From an uncultured Candidatus Saccharibacteria bacterium (lineage in GTDB: Bacteria > Patescibacteriota > Minisyncoccia > Phycocordibacterales > UBA2100): 64,000 nucleotides of DNA. Position numbers and translations under genes: made by a program. The notes beneath the pieces are model-generated. The model had not been told where the DNA came from. It made no database searches and saw only the letters and a list, made by a program, of their open reading frames with translations. Positions 47,415 through 56,418 of this stretch are shown here, piece after piece. The DNA lies in contig CAYNRJ010000001.1 in NCBI GenBank assembly GCA_964399865.1, forward strand, positions 330,050-394,049. The letters are read 5' to 3'. Every line of letters starts with the position of its first letter. Position 1 is the stretch's first letter.

Positions 47415-49790
47415 CTACACTATTTCGCACGTCCCTCCTGCGCATGCCAACTCCTTTGCCTGCTCTGTTTCGTCTGTTCGTTCGTAGTTGAAGAGCTTAG
47501 AGTAATCAATCTGCGGGAATTTCTTTGAAAGTTCTTCGAAGCGTTTTTTATCGATCGGTTCATACGGAGCCAAACGATACACGTGGCTTGAGCGAGGGAG
47601 GAACGAAAGTCCTCCGACTATCTCCCAGTTCTCGAAGAGCCATGCAACGACTGCGACCCACTCCTCTTCCCCTACTGAGATCGTGGCTGATGGATTGTGC
47701 TCAGTGAAATTCAATTTAACGAGCTTCCAATACTCAAGCTGTTTTATAGCAGTGAGATCATCTTTGAATACAGAGCCGTGCGGCGCCTTCACTGGGAACT
47801 CCAGCACATATGTCGTCGCCTCTCCCGCTGTCTGCCCCACTTCTGGGTGATACGGGATCCCCTGGTCGCTCACCATCTTAAAGAGTGAGTCGGTCGCCGA
47901 GATACGGATACGACGAATGTAGTACTGAGAGTGACGTGGGTGAATACCGGACGAACAATCAAATGCCTGAGAGACTGTGCCGGATGGCTTCACGCACGTG
48001 ATTGAATTTGAAGGATTTACTCCAAAGCGCTTCGCATACTCCTTATTGGTCTTCACTGCGAGGTCACGCATCTTGCGGAGCGTCGAACCGTGACGAACTG
48101 CTGGAGAATCCCACTGTCCTGTTATGGATACACCGAGGAGTCTCTCCGCCTCACAGTTGTCAGTCCAATCTTTCGAGATGTAATTGAACTTCGTGAGTGT
48201 TGACTGATATGTACCGAGAAGCGTTGCGAGTTTTATTTTCCGGAGAAGCGTTTTCTCAGTATCATCCGCGCGTGCAATGACTTCTGAGAGATTGCAGAAT
48301 TGCTTTGATTGCAGAATGATCTCGCCACATGGGTTTGTACCTACCTGTCCGATATCTCCCGTAATCTTGCCGTTCTTCTTTTGGAGATACTTTACTCGGC
48401 GTTCAGGCATCGTCTTCTGGAGAGAGCCACGGTTGAAGATACCGCGTTCTCCTGTACCTGATTTCATGAGAGCGACCCATTCATCCATGAGCTCAGCGTT
48501 CGTCGGCTTTGTCTCATACACAGCTGAGTTGTTGGCGACAGAGCGGTAAGGATCTGTAAGGAAGAACTGACCTTTCTTGGCATCGCGAATCTCGACATCG
48601 TCGAGGTCGGAGAGCGAAATCATGGCTGTACGACGGACTCCGCCGGCGACCACACACTCACCTATCTTGCAGATAATGTCGTGCGCATCGATGTTTCTCA
48701 GGCGTCTTCCCTGTTTTCTAAGTATTCTGTCGCGAGCGAATGCGAGAAGCGAGCGAAGTGGTTCCGGACCAGATGCCTTGCCCCCCATTGTCTTCAAGCG
48801 TGCGCCAGCTGGACGGATCATGGAGAAGTCGAAATCAACATCCTTGCCGGAGTACCACGTACGAAGTCCGAGAGTGAGCGAATCACACCACCCCTCCTTT
48901 GTGTCCTGCACGATGTGCGTTGGGATCTTTTCTCCTGTTTGTTTTTCTATCTGAGGCAATTGCTGGATGTTCTGACTTTCTACTGAATACCCAACACCAC
49001 ATCCCTGCATCGAGAGATACATGATCTCTGCGAAATCTTCGAGCTTCACCGGAGCAGTGAATGAACAATTGTAGAAGCAGGTGTTGCACTTACGAGCGGG
49101 AGCACCTGAAAATTGCATCGCGCGCATTGAAGGCATCACTTCCTGCTTCAATATTGCTTCACGAAGTTCGGCGTACTCTTTCTTCAAGAGCTTGTCGCCA
49201 AGATTCTCTTTCATAAAACCAATGTACCTGTCGACAGTTTCGATCCATGTCTCACGACGCTGCTCACTCTCTATCCAGCGCGCGTAGGTACGGAGATACA
49301 CGAACTCGCCGAGTGGATTATCTTTGAAATACTTTTTGCTCTCTTCGGTGAGCTTCTTTACGTGCTCTGGGATAGAGCCCTGCTCTTTACGGACCTTCGC
49401 ACGCTCTGCGCGGAAGAGAATGTATGACTTGGAGGTCGCTACGTAGTCGGAAAGCATGAGTTGGCGCTCTACTTCGTCCTGGCAGCCCTCGACTGTCGGG
49501 AGGAAATTCTTGTATGTGCGCGCTATGCGCATCATTTCTCCCGCTACTTTGTGCGCAACAACAGCTGCCTCCTCAGGAGAACCCTCGTTAGAGGCCTTCA
49601 TCGCCTTCTCGATCGCAGAAATTACCTTTGCAAACTCAAAAGGCACGATACGTCCATCGCGCTTCTGGATATTTGGAAGATACTTCTTATAGACGCGAAA
49701 CGCGGCCGCACCTTCGGCGCGTGGAGAAAGACCGGCGTCTCGGACATTCTTCCCTGCTCTTTTGACTGCTGTGTGTTGTGTCATGCGCAT
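47415..49790 (-). CDS. nrdJ: Class II (adenosylcobalamin-dependent) ribonucleotide reductase with N-terminal ATP cone
   Basis: IQKRDGRIVPF ATP cone; YLRTYAR, FYNC, GGVRRTA, TNPCGEI, CVKPSGT, C-terminal CAGGTC. Confidence 0.93.
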   Translation of the reverse strand: MRMTQHTAVKRAGKNVRDAGLSPRAEGAAAFRVYKKYLPNIQKRDGRIVPFEFAKVISAIEKAMKASNEGSPEEAAVVAHKVAGEMMRIARTYKNFLPTVEGCQDEVERQLMLSDYVATSKSYILFRAERAKVRKEQGSIPEHVKKLTEESKKYFKDNPLGEFVYLRTYARWIESEQRRETWIETVDRYIGFMKENLGDKLLKKEYAELREAILKQEVMPSMRAMQFSGAPARKCNTCFYNCSFTAPVKLEDFAEIMYLSMQGCGVGYSVESQNIQQLPQIEKQTGEKIPTHIVQDTKEGWCDSLTLGLRTWYSGKDVDFDFSMIRPAGARLKTMGGKASGPEPLRSLLAFARDRILRKQGRRLRNIDAHDIICKIGECVVAGGVRRTAMISLSDLDDVEIRDAKKGQFFLTDPYRSVANNSAVYETKPTNAELMDEWVALMKSGTGERGIFNRGSLQKTMPERRVKYLQKKNGKITGDIGQVGTNPCGEIILQSKQFCNLSEVIARADDTEKTLLRKIKLATLLGTYQSTLTKFNYISKDWTDNCEAERLLGVSITGQWDSPAVRHGSTLRKMRDLAVKTNKEYAKRFGVNPSNSITCVKPSGTVSQAFDCSSGIHPRHSQYYIRRIRISATDSLFKMVSDQGIPYHPEVGQTAGEATTYVLEFPVKAPHGSVFKDDLTAIKQLEYWKLVKLNFTEHNPSATISVGEEEWVAVVAWLFENWEIVGGLSFLPRSSHVYRLAPYEPIDKKRFEELSKKFPQIDYSKLFNYERTDETEQAKELACAGGTCEIV

Positions 49791-49934
49791 GAACTAAGTT
49801 ATTAATCGCCTATGCTCATATGCCGTCTTCGTTCGGACGAAATGAAAATAAATTTTCATTTCGGATCCTCACTAGCCGTCATAACGGGATGTTTATATTA
49901 CTCCCCTCTTTCGAGAAAAATTTTAACTTCGACC

Positions 49935-49943
49935 TGTGGATAA
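49935..49943. promoter_or_regulatory. DnaA-box consensus upstream of nrdJ
   Basis: tgtggataa about 145 nt upstream of the start. Confidence 0.45.
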
Positions 49944-49953
49944 CAGTATGAAG

Positions 49954-50409
49954 TTACTTAAAAAGAACCGCGTCTCCCTTTTTAACAGTATACTCCTTTA
50001 TAAATCCAGCTCGAAGCTCTAGCGCGTAGCGAGCAGGTGCTTCCGGAGAAAATGAAGTCGGATATGTGTCCGGAGACACTGACGGAGCTATGTCAATAAC
50101 TACGCCATCGCGAGACAACCAAATGATGTCGATCGCGAACAGCATGTCCTTCATCCAAAAGGAGTGCCGAGCGTCTTCCGTGAATACAAATAGCATTCCT
50201 TCATCGCGCCCGAGGCCAGAGCGACCTGAAAGTCCAAGCGCTCTCTTTTCCTCAGTATCCGCAACTTCTACATTTATTGAGCGTCCGCTTATGACCACCA
50301 CTTTTACATCCCCCGTAAAACTTGGGGTATCCACAGATTTGAGGAGAATGAAGAGAATGACGCAAAAAAGCGTTGCGATGACTGCGCCCCACATAAATAA
50401 TGGCTTCAT
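49954..50409 (-). CDS. DUF192 family protein
   Basis: VEVADT, GLSGR, GMLFVF, FWMKDM, DIIW, YALE. Confidence 0.92.
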   Translation of the reverse strand: MKPLFMWGAVIATLFCVILFILLKSVDTPSFTGDVKVVVISGRSINVEVADTEEKRALGLSGRSGLGRDEGMLFVFTEDARHSFWMKDMLFAIDIIWLSRDGVVIDIAPSVSPDTYPTSFSPEAPARYALELRAGFIKEYTVKKGDAVLFK

Positions 50410-50521
50410 GGATGATAAAAAAGAGAATAATAATCAGCTCGTAGGTATCTCTATGGTAACGCGCCCATCCCCTCTCACCAAGGGAGCTGGGTAGACTGTA
50501 GAGTTTTGATATACTTTTAGT

Positions 50522-51388
50522 ATGTTTTTCAAAATTTCAGGAAACAAGGGTGGTGAGAAACCAAAACAGAAGGCTGAAAAATTTTCCGCCCATATTAAGC
50601 ATAGCTCAGAACTCCACGCACTAAATCGAGATACGAAGATTGCATCACTTCTAAAGCGAGAATTCAAAGGTATTGCTTGGAAAGAAGGGCAAGGCAATCT
50701 TCGCCTTCTATTCGTAGGAATTGGTGAGAAACACGGGGTGAACGTAGCCGGAGTGACCGAAGGATGGAACGTCCCGGAAGGTTATGCTGAATTTATCACT
50801 GAATCCAAAGCAAGCGCTAGATTTTTAAATGCACATGGAATTAATGCTGAGAAAAAACATGCGGAGGAATACGTATCTGAGGAAGCCGCTGATGTTGTTA
50901 TCGTCTTAGATGAGGAAGTGGGGGCGACAAATAAATTCATAAAGAATGTAGACCGAAAAGGATACCTCATTTGTCGTGGAAAAATGGCCACCGAAGCAAT
51001 GGAGAGTGGCAAATTCCAGCAAAAAGGAGTGCTCACATTACTTGGGGGTGAATGGAGGTACACTGAATCCAAAGAGTACGACGTTGTTCAGACAGATGAT
51101 GAGTTCGAGAAGGCAAAGGAGGTGCCTGGCGCGGTTTCGTATAAGGAGGCAAAGGAAACGCTCATTAAACTCGGCCGACCAACCGATAACGTACTGGAGG
51201 AGTACCAGAAGCTCATTAAAGAAGCGCGCGAAATGGAGGAAAACAGGACCGCAGTCGACGCTGGCGAGACAAGGCTTACCTACACTGCCTCAAACGGACA
51301 GACCATCGAAATCGAGACTGGGCTCCCACGCATGCACGTCTCAGACGACGATATCTATATCCTTAGAAAGCGCCCCGACGCCCTCTAA
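50522..51388 (+). CDS. Hypothetical protein
   Basis: 288-aa charged ORF; no family recognised. Confidence 0.7.
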   Translation: MFFKISGNKGGEKPKQKAEKFSAHIKHSSELHALNRDTKIASLLKREFKGIAWKEGQGNLRLLFVGIGEKHGVNVAGVTEGWNVPEGYAEFITESKASARFLNAHGINAEKKHAEEYVSEEAADVVIVLDEEVGATNKFIKNVDRKGYLICRGKMATEAMESGKFQQKGVLTLLGGEWRYTESKEYDVVQTDDEFEKAKEVPGAVSYKEAKETLIKLGRPTDNVLEEYQKLIKEAREMEENRTAVDAGETRLTYTASNGQTIEIETGLPRMHVSDDDIYILRKRPDAL

Positions 51389-52388
51389 CGGGTGCCACAA
51401 CTCTCTCCTCTTTTGTAACGTTGGTACTTTTGTACTCGTTTATGTAGTTTTCGTACCAGCTGTATTCAGCACCTAGAAAGCGCGCTGTTAGTTCGAGTGC
51501 AAGAGTTGCTGTTTTCGCATCCTTATCCTTAGCTGGAGAGATCTCCACGACATCGAGTCCCGTGAGAATACAGGTCTTTCCAATGTATTGCGCGAGACTT
51601 AAAATTTCACGCTTTGTGAGTCCCCCACTGTTTGGCATGCCAACTCCTGGCGCATACCCCTCGTCTATAGAATCCATGTCCATACTTACCCAAATCGTGT
51701 CCACCTTTCTACGAAGTGCGTCTATCGCCAGCCGTGCGGGCAAAAGCCCGCGCTCAGCAATGTCTAGCATTGTGACGGTGGAAACTTTTTCACGACGGAG
51801 AAATTCTATTTCCGCTTTGTCTATATCCTTGAGGCCGATGTAGAGAAAATTCTCGGGCGATATCTTTCTACCTGTTCTGCCGATATCAGTAAGGAGTGGA
51901 TGTCCAAATCCCATGAGAGACGCGGCAGGCATACCGTGAATATTCCCTGTAAGAGTCGTCTCATGCGTATTTGCATCTGGGTGAGCGTCGATCCAGATGA
52001 CTCCCATCGAGCGATGGACAGAAGCTGCGCCAGCGACGGTGCCAAGAGCGATCGAATGATCGCCACCGAGCGTCAATACGAAATCTTTGCGGCGCACGGC
52101 CTTTTCGACTACCGCAGAAGATAAGCGCGCCGCCGCAACTACTTCATCGAGATATTTTGCAGAGCCGGCACTCACCACATGCAGCGGTTTTCGGCATGGG
52201 ATCATCGTCGTCTCGACGACATCTCCGCCGAGAGAGGTGAGCATTTTCTCAAGCCCACTTTTTAGAAGATACTGAGGAGCGTTTGCTAACCCGCGCTCGT
52301 CCGACCCTAGTTCAGAAGGCACTCCAACGATACTGATAGTTCGCTCGACTGGTTCGTGTTCGTAGAATGAAAGATTGTCTCGTACCAT
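51363..52388 (-). CDS. rocF: Arginase
   Basis: GGDHS, WIDAHPD, TGNIHGMP, SMDMDSID, APGVG. Confidence 0.92.
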   Translation of the reverse strand: MVRDNLSFYEHEPVERTISIVGVPSELGSDERGLANAPQYLLKSGLEKMLTSLGGDVVETTMIPCRKPLHVVSAGSAKYLDEVVAAARLSSAVVEKAVRRKDFVLTLGGDHSIALGTVAGAASVHRSMGVIWIDAHPDANTHETTLTGNIHGMPAASLMGFGHPLLTDIGRTGRKISPENFLYIGLKDIDKAEIEFLRREKVSTVTMLDIAERGLLPARLAIDALRRKVDTIWVSMDMDSIDEGYAPGVGMPNSGGLTKREILSLAQYIGKTCILTGLDVVEISPAKDKDAKTATLALELTARFLGAEYSWYENYINEYKSTNVTKEERVVAPVRGRRGAF

Positions 52389-52463
52389 TTCTTTTTCACA
52401 ACAATAGCAACTATTTGCTTTCTGTATGGATACTAGACGAAAAACTGTGGAAAAACTTTCGGG

Positions 52464-52727
52464 CTACGGATTCTTTCGATAACAAATTTTAAGCATGATG
52501 AGCAGAATATTAACGATAAGTGCGATCGCGTTCGCAACGATCATCAAAGTACCGTTCAAAAGAAAACCGTATATTCCCCAAAAGATACAATTGAAAAAGA
52601 AAAGGACTAGCATTCCCCACGAGAGATCCTCCACGCTTCTTGTTTTATATGTTTTCAGGACCTGCGGAACCTGAAACGAAATGCCTGTGAGTATTCCCAA
52701 ATACCCGAAAATATCAACGAGTTCCAT
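52464..52727 (-). CDS. SemiSWEET/PQ-loop transporter
   Basis: VPQVLKTYKTRSVEDLS, WGIYG, IVAN. Confidence 0.9.
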   Translation of the reverse strand: MELVDIFGYLGILTGISFQVPQVLKTYKTRSVEDLSWGMLVLFFFNCIFWGIYGFLLNGTLMIVANAIALIVNILLIMLKICYRKNP

Positions 52728-52858
52728 AAAGTATGTGGAGTATAACAAAACTGACGTTAATTGACGCTATACTCCAGGCTACATATAGTTCCTTATTAGG
52801 GACCTAGCGGAAGCGAAGTCCAGGATATAAAGATTCCTAATTCGAACTCGAACAGGGA

Positions 52859-53707
52859 GTGTTCCAGATGACCGCTAGCCTGAAATTGTCGGGGACCCAT
52901 GTCATCATGGGCGTCCTCAACAGCCAGTCGCTTACCTGGCAGATTGCGAGAGCAGTCCGTGAGGCGGAGGGCGACGTGATCGTCACCGTACAATCGGCGG
53001 AGATTTTGTCCTCCGTCGACAAGCTCGTCACAGGTACTGGGATCCGGGCCTGCGTGTGCGACGTCGAACATGACGCCCAGCTCGATGAGTTTTTCGGGTG
53101 GCTTGCGGGGCAAGGACAAATCTCCGGTTTCGTGTACGGACCGGCCTATGCAGACCGTGCCGAGCTTACCGGCAGAGTTGTCGACACAACTCGTCCGAAC
53201 TTCGCACGTTCACTCGATGTGTCATGCTTCGGTTTCCTCGATTCCTGCCGGCGTGTTGAGCCACTCATGCACGACGGCGCGAAGATTCTCGCTCTCACGT
53301 ATGGGGCGTCTCAACAAAGCTGCGACAACTACAACGTCATGGGTGTCGCGAAGGCGGCGCTTGAGGCGGCAGTGCGCGGCGCAGCGCGGGATTTCGGCGG
53401 GCGAGAGATCGCGGTCAACGCACTCTCGCCGACTACGGTGCGTACCGTGGCGGCGCGAGCAGTACAGGACCCGTACCCCCTCGCGTACGCTCATATGGCC
53501 CGCTCGATCTTCGGGCGAACCACGAAGCCGGAAGAAATCGGCAAGTGGGGCGCATTCATGCTGAGCGACTTCTGCGACGGCATGACGGGCGAGATCGTCT
53601 ACATCGACTGTGGCACCCGGAGCTCCGGCATGCCGCCCAAGCGTAACGCCCACATCGTGACCGAGATGGATCGCAAGTACAACCCGTCCCCTAAGGGCGG
53701 CGAATGA
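52859..53707 (+). CDS. fabI: Enoyl-ACP reductase FabI-like SDR
   Basis: IMGVLNSQSL, LTYGA, YNVMGVAKAALEAAVR, VNALS, RTVAA, MTGEIVYIDCG. Confidence 0.85.
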   Translation: MFQMTASLKLSGTHVIMGVLNSQSLTWQIARAVREAEGDVIVTVQSAEILSSVDKLVTGTGIRACVCDVEHDAQLDEFFGWLAGQGQISGFVYGPAYADRAELTGRVVDTTRPNFARSLDVSCFGFLDSCRRVEPLMHDGAKILALTYGASQQSCDNYNVMGVAKAALEAAVRGAARDFGGREIAVNALSPTTVRTVAARAVQDPYPLAYAHMARSIFGRTTKPEEIGKWGAFMLSDFCDGMTGEIVYIDCGTRSSGMPPKRNAHIVTEMDRKYNPSPKGGE

Positions 53708-53970
53708 AGGAGAGGATGATGACAACCATCGACGACCCTATCGCTGAAGCTCAGCGCTGGCTGCTGCAGCAGCTGCAGAAGGCTCGGGGAGCACATCGTG
53801 CTTTCCGCGTACGCGTCGCCCAAATCGCCGACGAGCTGATCAACTTCGGGCAAGGCAGGGGTTTCATTCCTGTCGCCCCACTGGAGATCGCTCGCGGCTT
53901 CAGGAAGGCAACTGTCATCGTTGCTCTCTACCCTGACGGGAACGAGGAAACGATCACTGCTAGCCTGTGA
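53704..53970 (+). CDS. Hypothetical protein coupled to fabI
   Basis: Overlaps the fabI stop; SD-like GGAGAGG; same GC-rich codon style; hairpin follows. Confidence 0.6.
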   Translation: MKERMMTTIDDPIAEAQRWLLQQLQKARGAHRAFRVRVAQIADELINFGQGRGFIPVAPLEIARGFRKATVIVALYPDGNEETITASL

Positions 53971-54100
53971 AGGGCTGTGACTGCAGTGAGAACGAGCGGC
54001 CGCGGCGATCCTTCGCCGCGGCCTTCAACTTTTGTATACAAAACATTGTGCCGCCCGTCATTTTCGATCGGGCGGCACTCCTCTTCGGCTCTCGGCTCCA

Positions 54101-54430
54101 TCAGGCGGCCACAGGGTGAGAAACTGAGCTAGGCGGATTACCATACCGCCGGCAAAGTTCTTCGTAGACTTGCCCGAAGGTACGACCCGCAAAGAGATCT
54201 TCATCGAGCTCAATCCTTTCACACCCGCGATGACGTTGAACGATGGCCTCGAAGGCCATAAGGAATTGACGCAGTTTCAGCGAATCGACCCGCTCCAACA
54301 TCTCATCGCTAGCTGCCACGACGAGATCGAACTGACGGCCATTTACGATGATCGCGTCGGCCAATCCAGGCTCTCCTTCAGAACGCGCCATCTCTGCAGC
54401 GTCACTTAGAAACTGTGGAAATGTCAGCAC
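54101..54430 (-). CDS. Acyl-carrier-protein-like small protein
   Basis: VDSL..QFLMAFE...IELDE...RTFGQVYEEL; GTG start after AAAGGAG. Confidence 0.5.
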   Translation of the reverse strand: MLTFPQFLSDAAEMARSEGEPGLADAIIVNGRQFDLVVAASDEMLERVDSLKLRQFLMAFEAIVQRHRGCERIELDEDLFAGRTFGQVYEELCRRYGNPPSSVSHPVAA

Positions 54431-54514
54431 GTCTTTCTCCTTTCCGACTCCAACTACGATACTTTGGGAGTCCTAGAGAGAATCCTATACCCGCGACTCT
54501 GAATAGCTCAAGCC

Positions 54515-54952
54515 CTAGCTGTGCGCGACCGGATATTGCTTTTTCATGTAGTCGTAGCTCTCCGCGATGATCTTTTTAAGCACAGTTACATCGACATCAG
54601 ACAAACGCTTGATGTAAAGGCATGCCTTACTAGTCGAATGTTTCCCAAGTTTTTTGAGGAGCGGGCTGAAATCCTGAAAACCAGTCATAACGTAGAGCGT
54701 GAGATTCGCTTTCCGCGGAGAGAAACCTGCCATTGGCCAATCACCTTCTTGCGCACTTCTTTCTGATTTGTAGTGATACTGATCAAACCCAATAATACTT
54801 GTCCCCCACATCTTTGCCGGCTTACCGGTAATTTCCTTATACATCTTCAAGAGTTCCTTTGAGTCTTTGCGTTTTTGTTCGTCGTCAACAGTGTTGATGA
54901 ATTTGGAGGCACTTGCTGCTGTTTTCTTCGTCTTTATTTCTCCCTTTTTCAT
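54515..54952 (-). CDS. DUF1801 domain protein
   Basis: MWGTSIIGF..YHY, GFSPRK, LGKH..SKACLYIKRL. Confidence 0.9.
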   Translation of the reverse strand: MKKGEIKTKKTAASASKFINTVDDEQKRKDSKELLKMYKEITGKPAKMWGTSIIGFDQYHYKSERSAQEGDWPMAGFSPRKANLTLYVMTGFQDFSPLLKKLGKHSTSKACLYIKRLSDVDVTVLKKIIAESYDYMKKQYPVAHS

Positions 54953-54961
54953 GCACTTCGA

Positions 54962-55720
54962 TTATATCTTAAGAGCTTTTGGATGATGCTTGCTCCATTC
55001 ATACAACACTACCGCAGCGGAAACTGATGCATTGAGGGATTCAGTACGTGAGTGCATCGGAATGCTTAAGCGAATGTCACAATTTTCGAGTGTCTTCTCA
55101 CGAATACCCTCTCCCTCATTTCCGATCACAAATGCAGCAGGAGCATCGAACTTTTCTTTTGATAGTTCATTCGCCCCTTCCATCGCGAGCCCGTATATCC
55201 AAAAACCTCTCTCCTTAAGAGTACGGAGTGTTTGATTTACATTCCCAATTCGAACGATAGGAATGCGGAATACCATCCCAGCGGATGTCTTCACAACTGC
55301 GCCTGATATTTGTGCCTGATTGTTCTGAGGCATAAGGACAGCTCTCGCTCCGAAGCCAGCAGCAGAACGAATGATCGCGCCGACATTTCTTGGGTCTTGA
55401 AGTTCACCTAAGACAACGATCGATGTGTCGGCATCGGGTGTAAAGGAATTGAAGAAATCAGAAAACTCGACAAGAAGTGCACTTGAATCAATAAGGGCGA
55501 CGATTCCCTGATGCGCTATATCCCCTCCTTCTAGACCAGATATGTATTCCAGGACTTTTTGTTTGAGCGGCGAGGTCGGAATCTTACTTTTTGCGATGAG
55601 CGACTTTAACTCCGGCTCAGGGGTGGAAGAAAGAAGTAGTTCCTGCACGGCGTGTGGCGTGTAGCGAAGCGCTTCAGCGACTGCATGCTTGCCGTACACA
55701 TACGTAATTTCTTGTTTCAT
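54962..55720 (-). CDS. rlmB: TrmH/SpoU-family 23S rRNA methyltransferase
   Basis: [35 protein letters not shown]; start moved to MKQEIT to avoid tRNA-Ser. Confidence 0.9.
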   Translation of the reverse strand: MKQEITYVYGKHAVAEALRYTPHAVQELLLSSTPEPELKSLIAKSKIPTSPLKQKVLEYISGLEGGDIAHQGIVALIDSSALLVEFSDFFNSFTPDADTSIVVLGELQDPRNVGAIIRSAAGFGARAVLMPQNNQAQISGAVVKTSAGMVFRIPIVRIGNVNQTLRTLKERGFWIYGLAMEGANELSKEKFDAPAAFVIGNEGEGIREKTLENCDIRLSIPMHSRTESLNASVSAAVVLYEWSKHHPKALKI

Positions 55721-55748
55721 ACAAAATATCCAAATTTGCTTCTTGAAT

Positions 55749-55836
55749 TGGCGGAGAGGGAGAGATTCGAACTCTCGATACCTTGCGGTATGCCGGTTTT
55801 CGAAACCGGTGCTTTCGACCACTCAGCCACCTCTCC
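55749..55836 (-). tRNA. tRNA-Ser(CGA)
   Basis: GGAGAGG...CCGGT-TTCGAAA-ACCGG; long variable arm; encoded CCA. Confidence 0.95.
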
Positions 55837-55963
55837 TAGAGCTAAAACAGTACCATTTTTTGCGTATTCATCCAAAAAATCGTATGATTTATCCGCTTTG
55901 GCTACTCGCTGCTCTAAAGCTCCTAAACGAGCTCTCGGCGACTAACCACAAGCTGTTTTTTAA

Positions 55964-56035
55964 GGCCCTATCGTCTAACGGTTAGGACACAAGCTTTTCA
56001 AGCTTGGAACCCGGGTTCGATTCCCGGTAGGGTCA
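55964..56035 (+). tRNA. tRNA-Glu(TTC)
   Basis: GGCCCTA...CAAGC-TTTTCAA-GCTTG...GGTTCGATTCC...TAGGGTCA. Confidence 0.95.
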
Positions 56036-56050
56036 CAATTTAAGCGACCT

Positions 56051-56326
56051 ATGAAATATAAAACATGGCTAGTGACTTTCTTACGCTGGCTCACCTCTAT
56101 TGTATTTGTGTTTCTCCTCTTTCTCGAGATTGTAGTTATCTACGAATTTACAAACGTAGGAATTCTTGGAAACATCGACGGTTACCCCTGGGGTTGGCAA
56201 GGTGCTGATAACTATGCTTCCCCAAAAGTTTATGCTATTTCAATGATGAAAAACATAATCATTATTTTTGTTGAACTTGTTATCGTTGGATTAATTTGGT
56301 GGCGTTTCTTGAGAAAACGAAACTAG
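56051..56326 (+). CDS. Small two-TM hypothetical protein
   Basis: Two hydrophobic helices around GYPWGW; AT-rich; directly after tRNA-Glu. Confidence 0.7.
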   Translation: MKYKTWLVTFLRWLTSIVFVFLLFLEIVVIYEFTNVGILGNIDGYPWGWQGADNYASPKVYAISMMKNIIIIFVELVIVGLIWWRFLRKRN

Positions 56327-56418
56327 TGGGGTGTTTAAAGAAGAATTCACCCCGGCTCTCTGTTCTTCATTATTTATTGATTCAATCCCTCTACAATCCC
56401 TTCAGCTTGATCAATGGG

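Noticed and set aside
49795-49950. Cobalamin riboswitch or NrdR box upstream of nrdJ
   Set aside because: Neither a B12-box nor an NrdR palindrome consensus could be found.
55721-55822. N-terminal extension of RlmB in the ORF track
   Set aside because: It overlaps tRNA-Ser; family similarity starts at [12 protein letters not shown].
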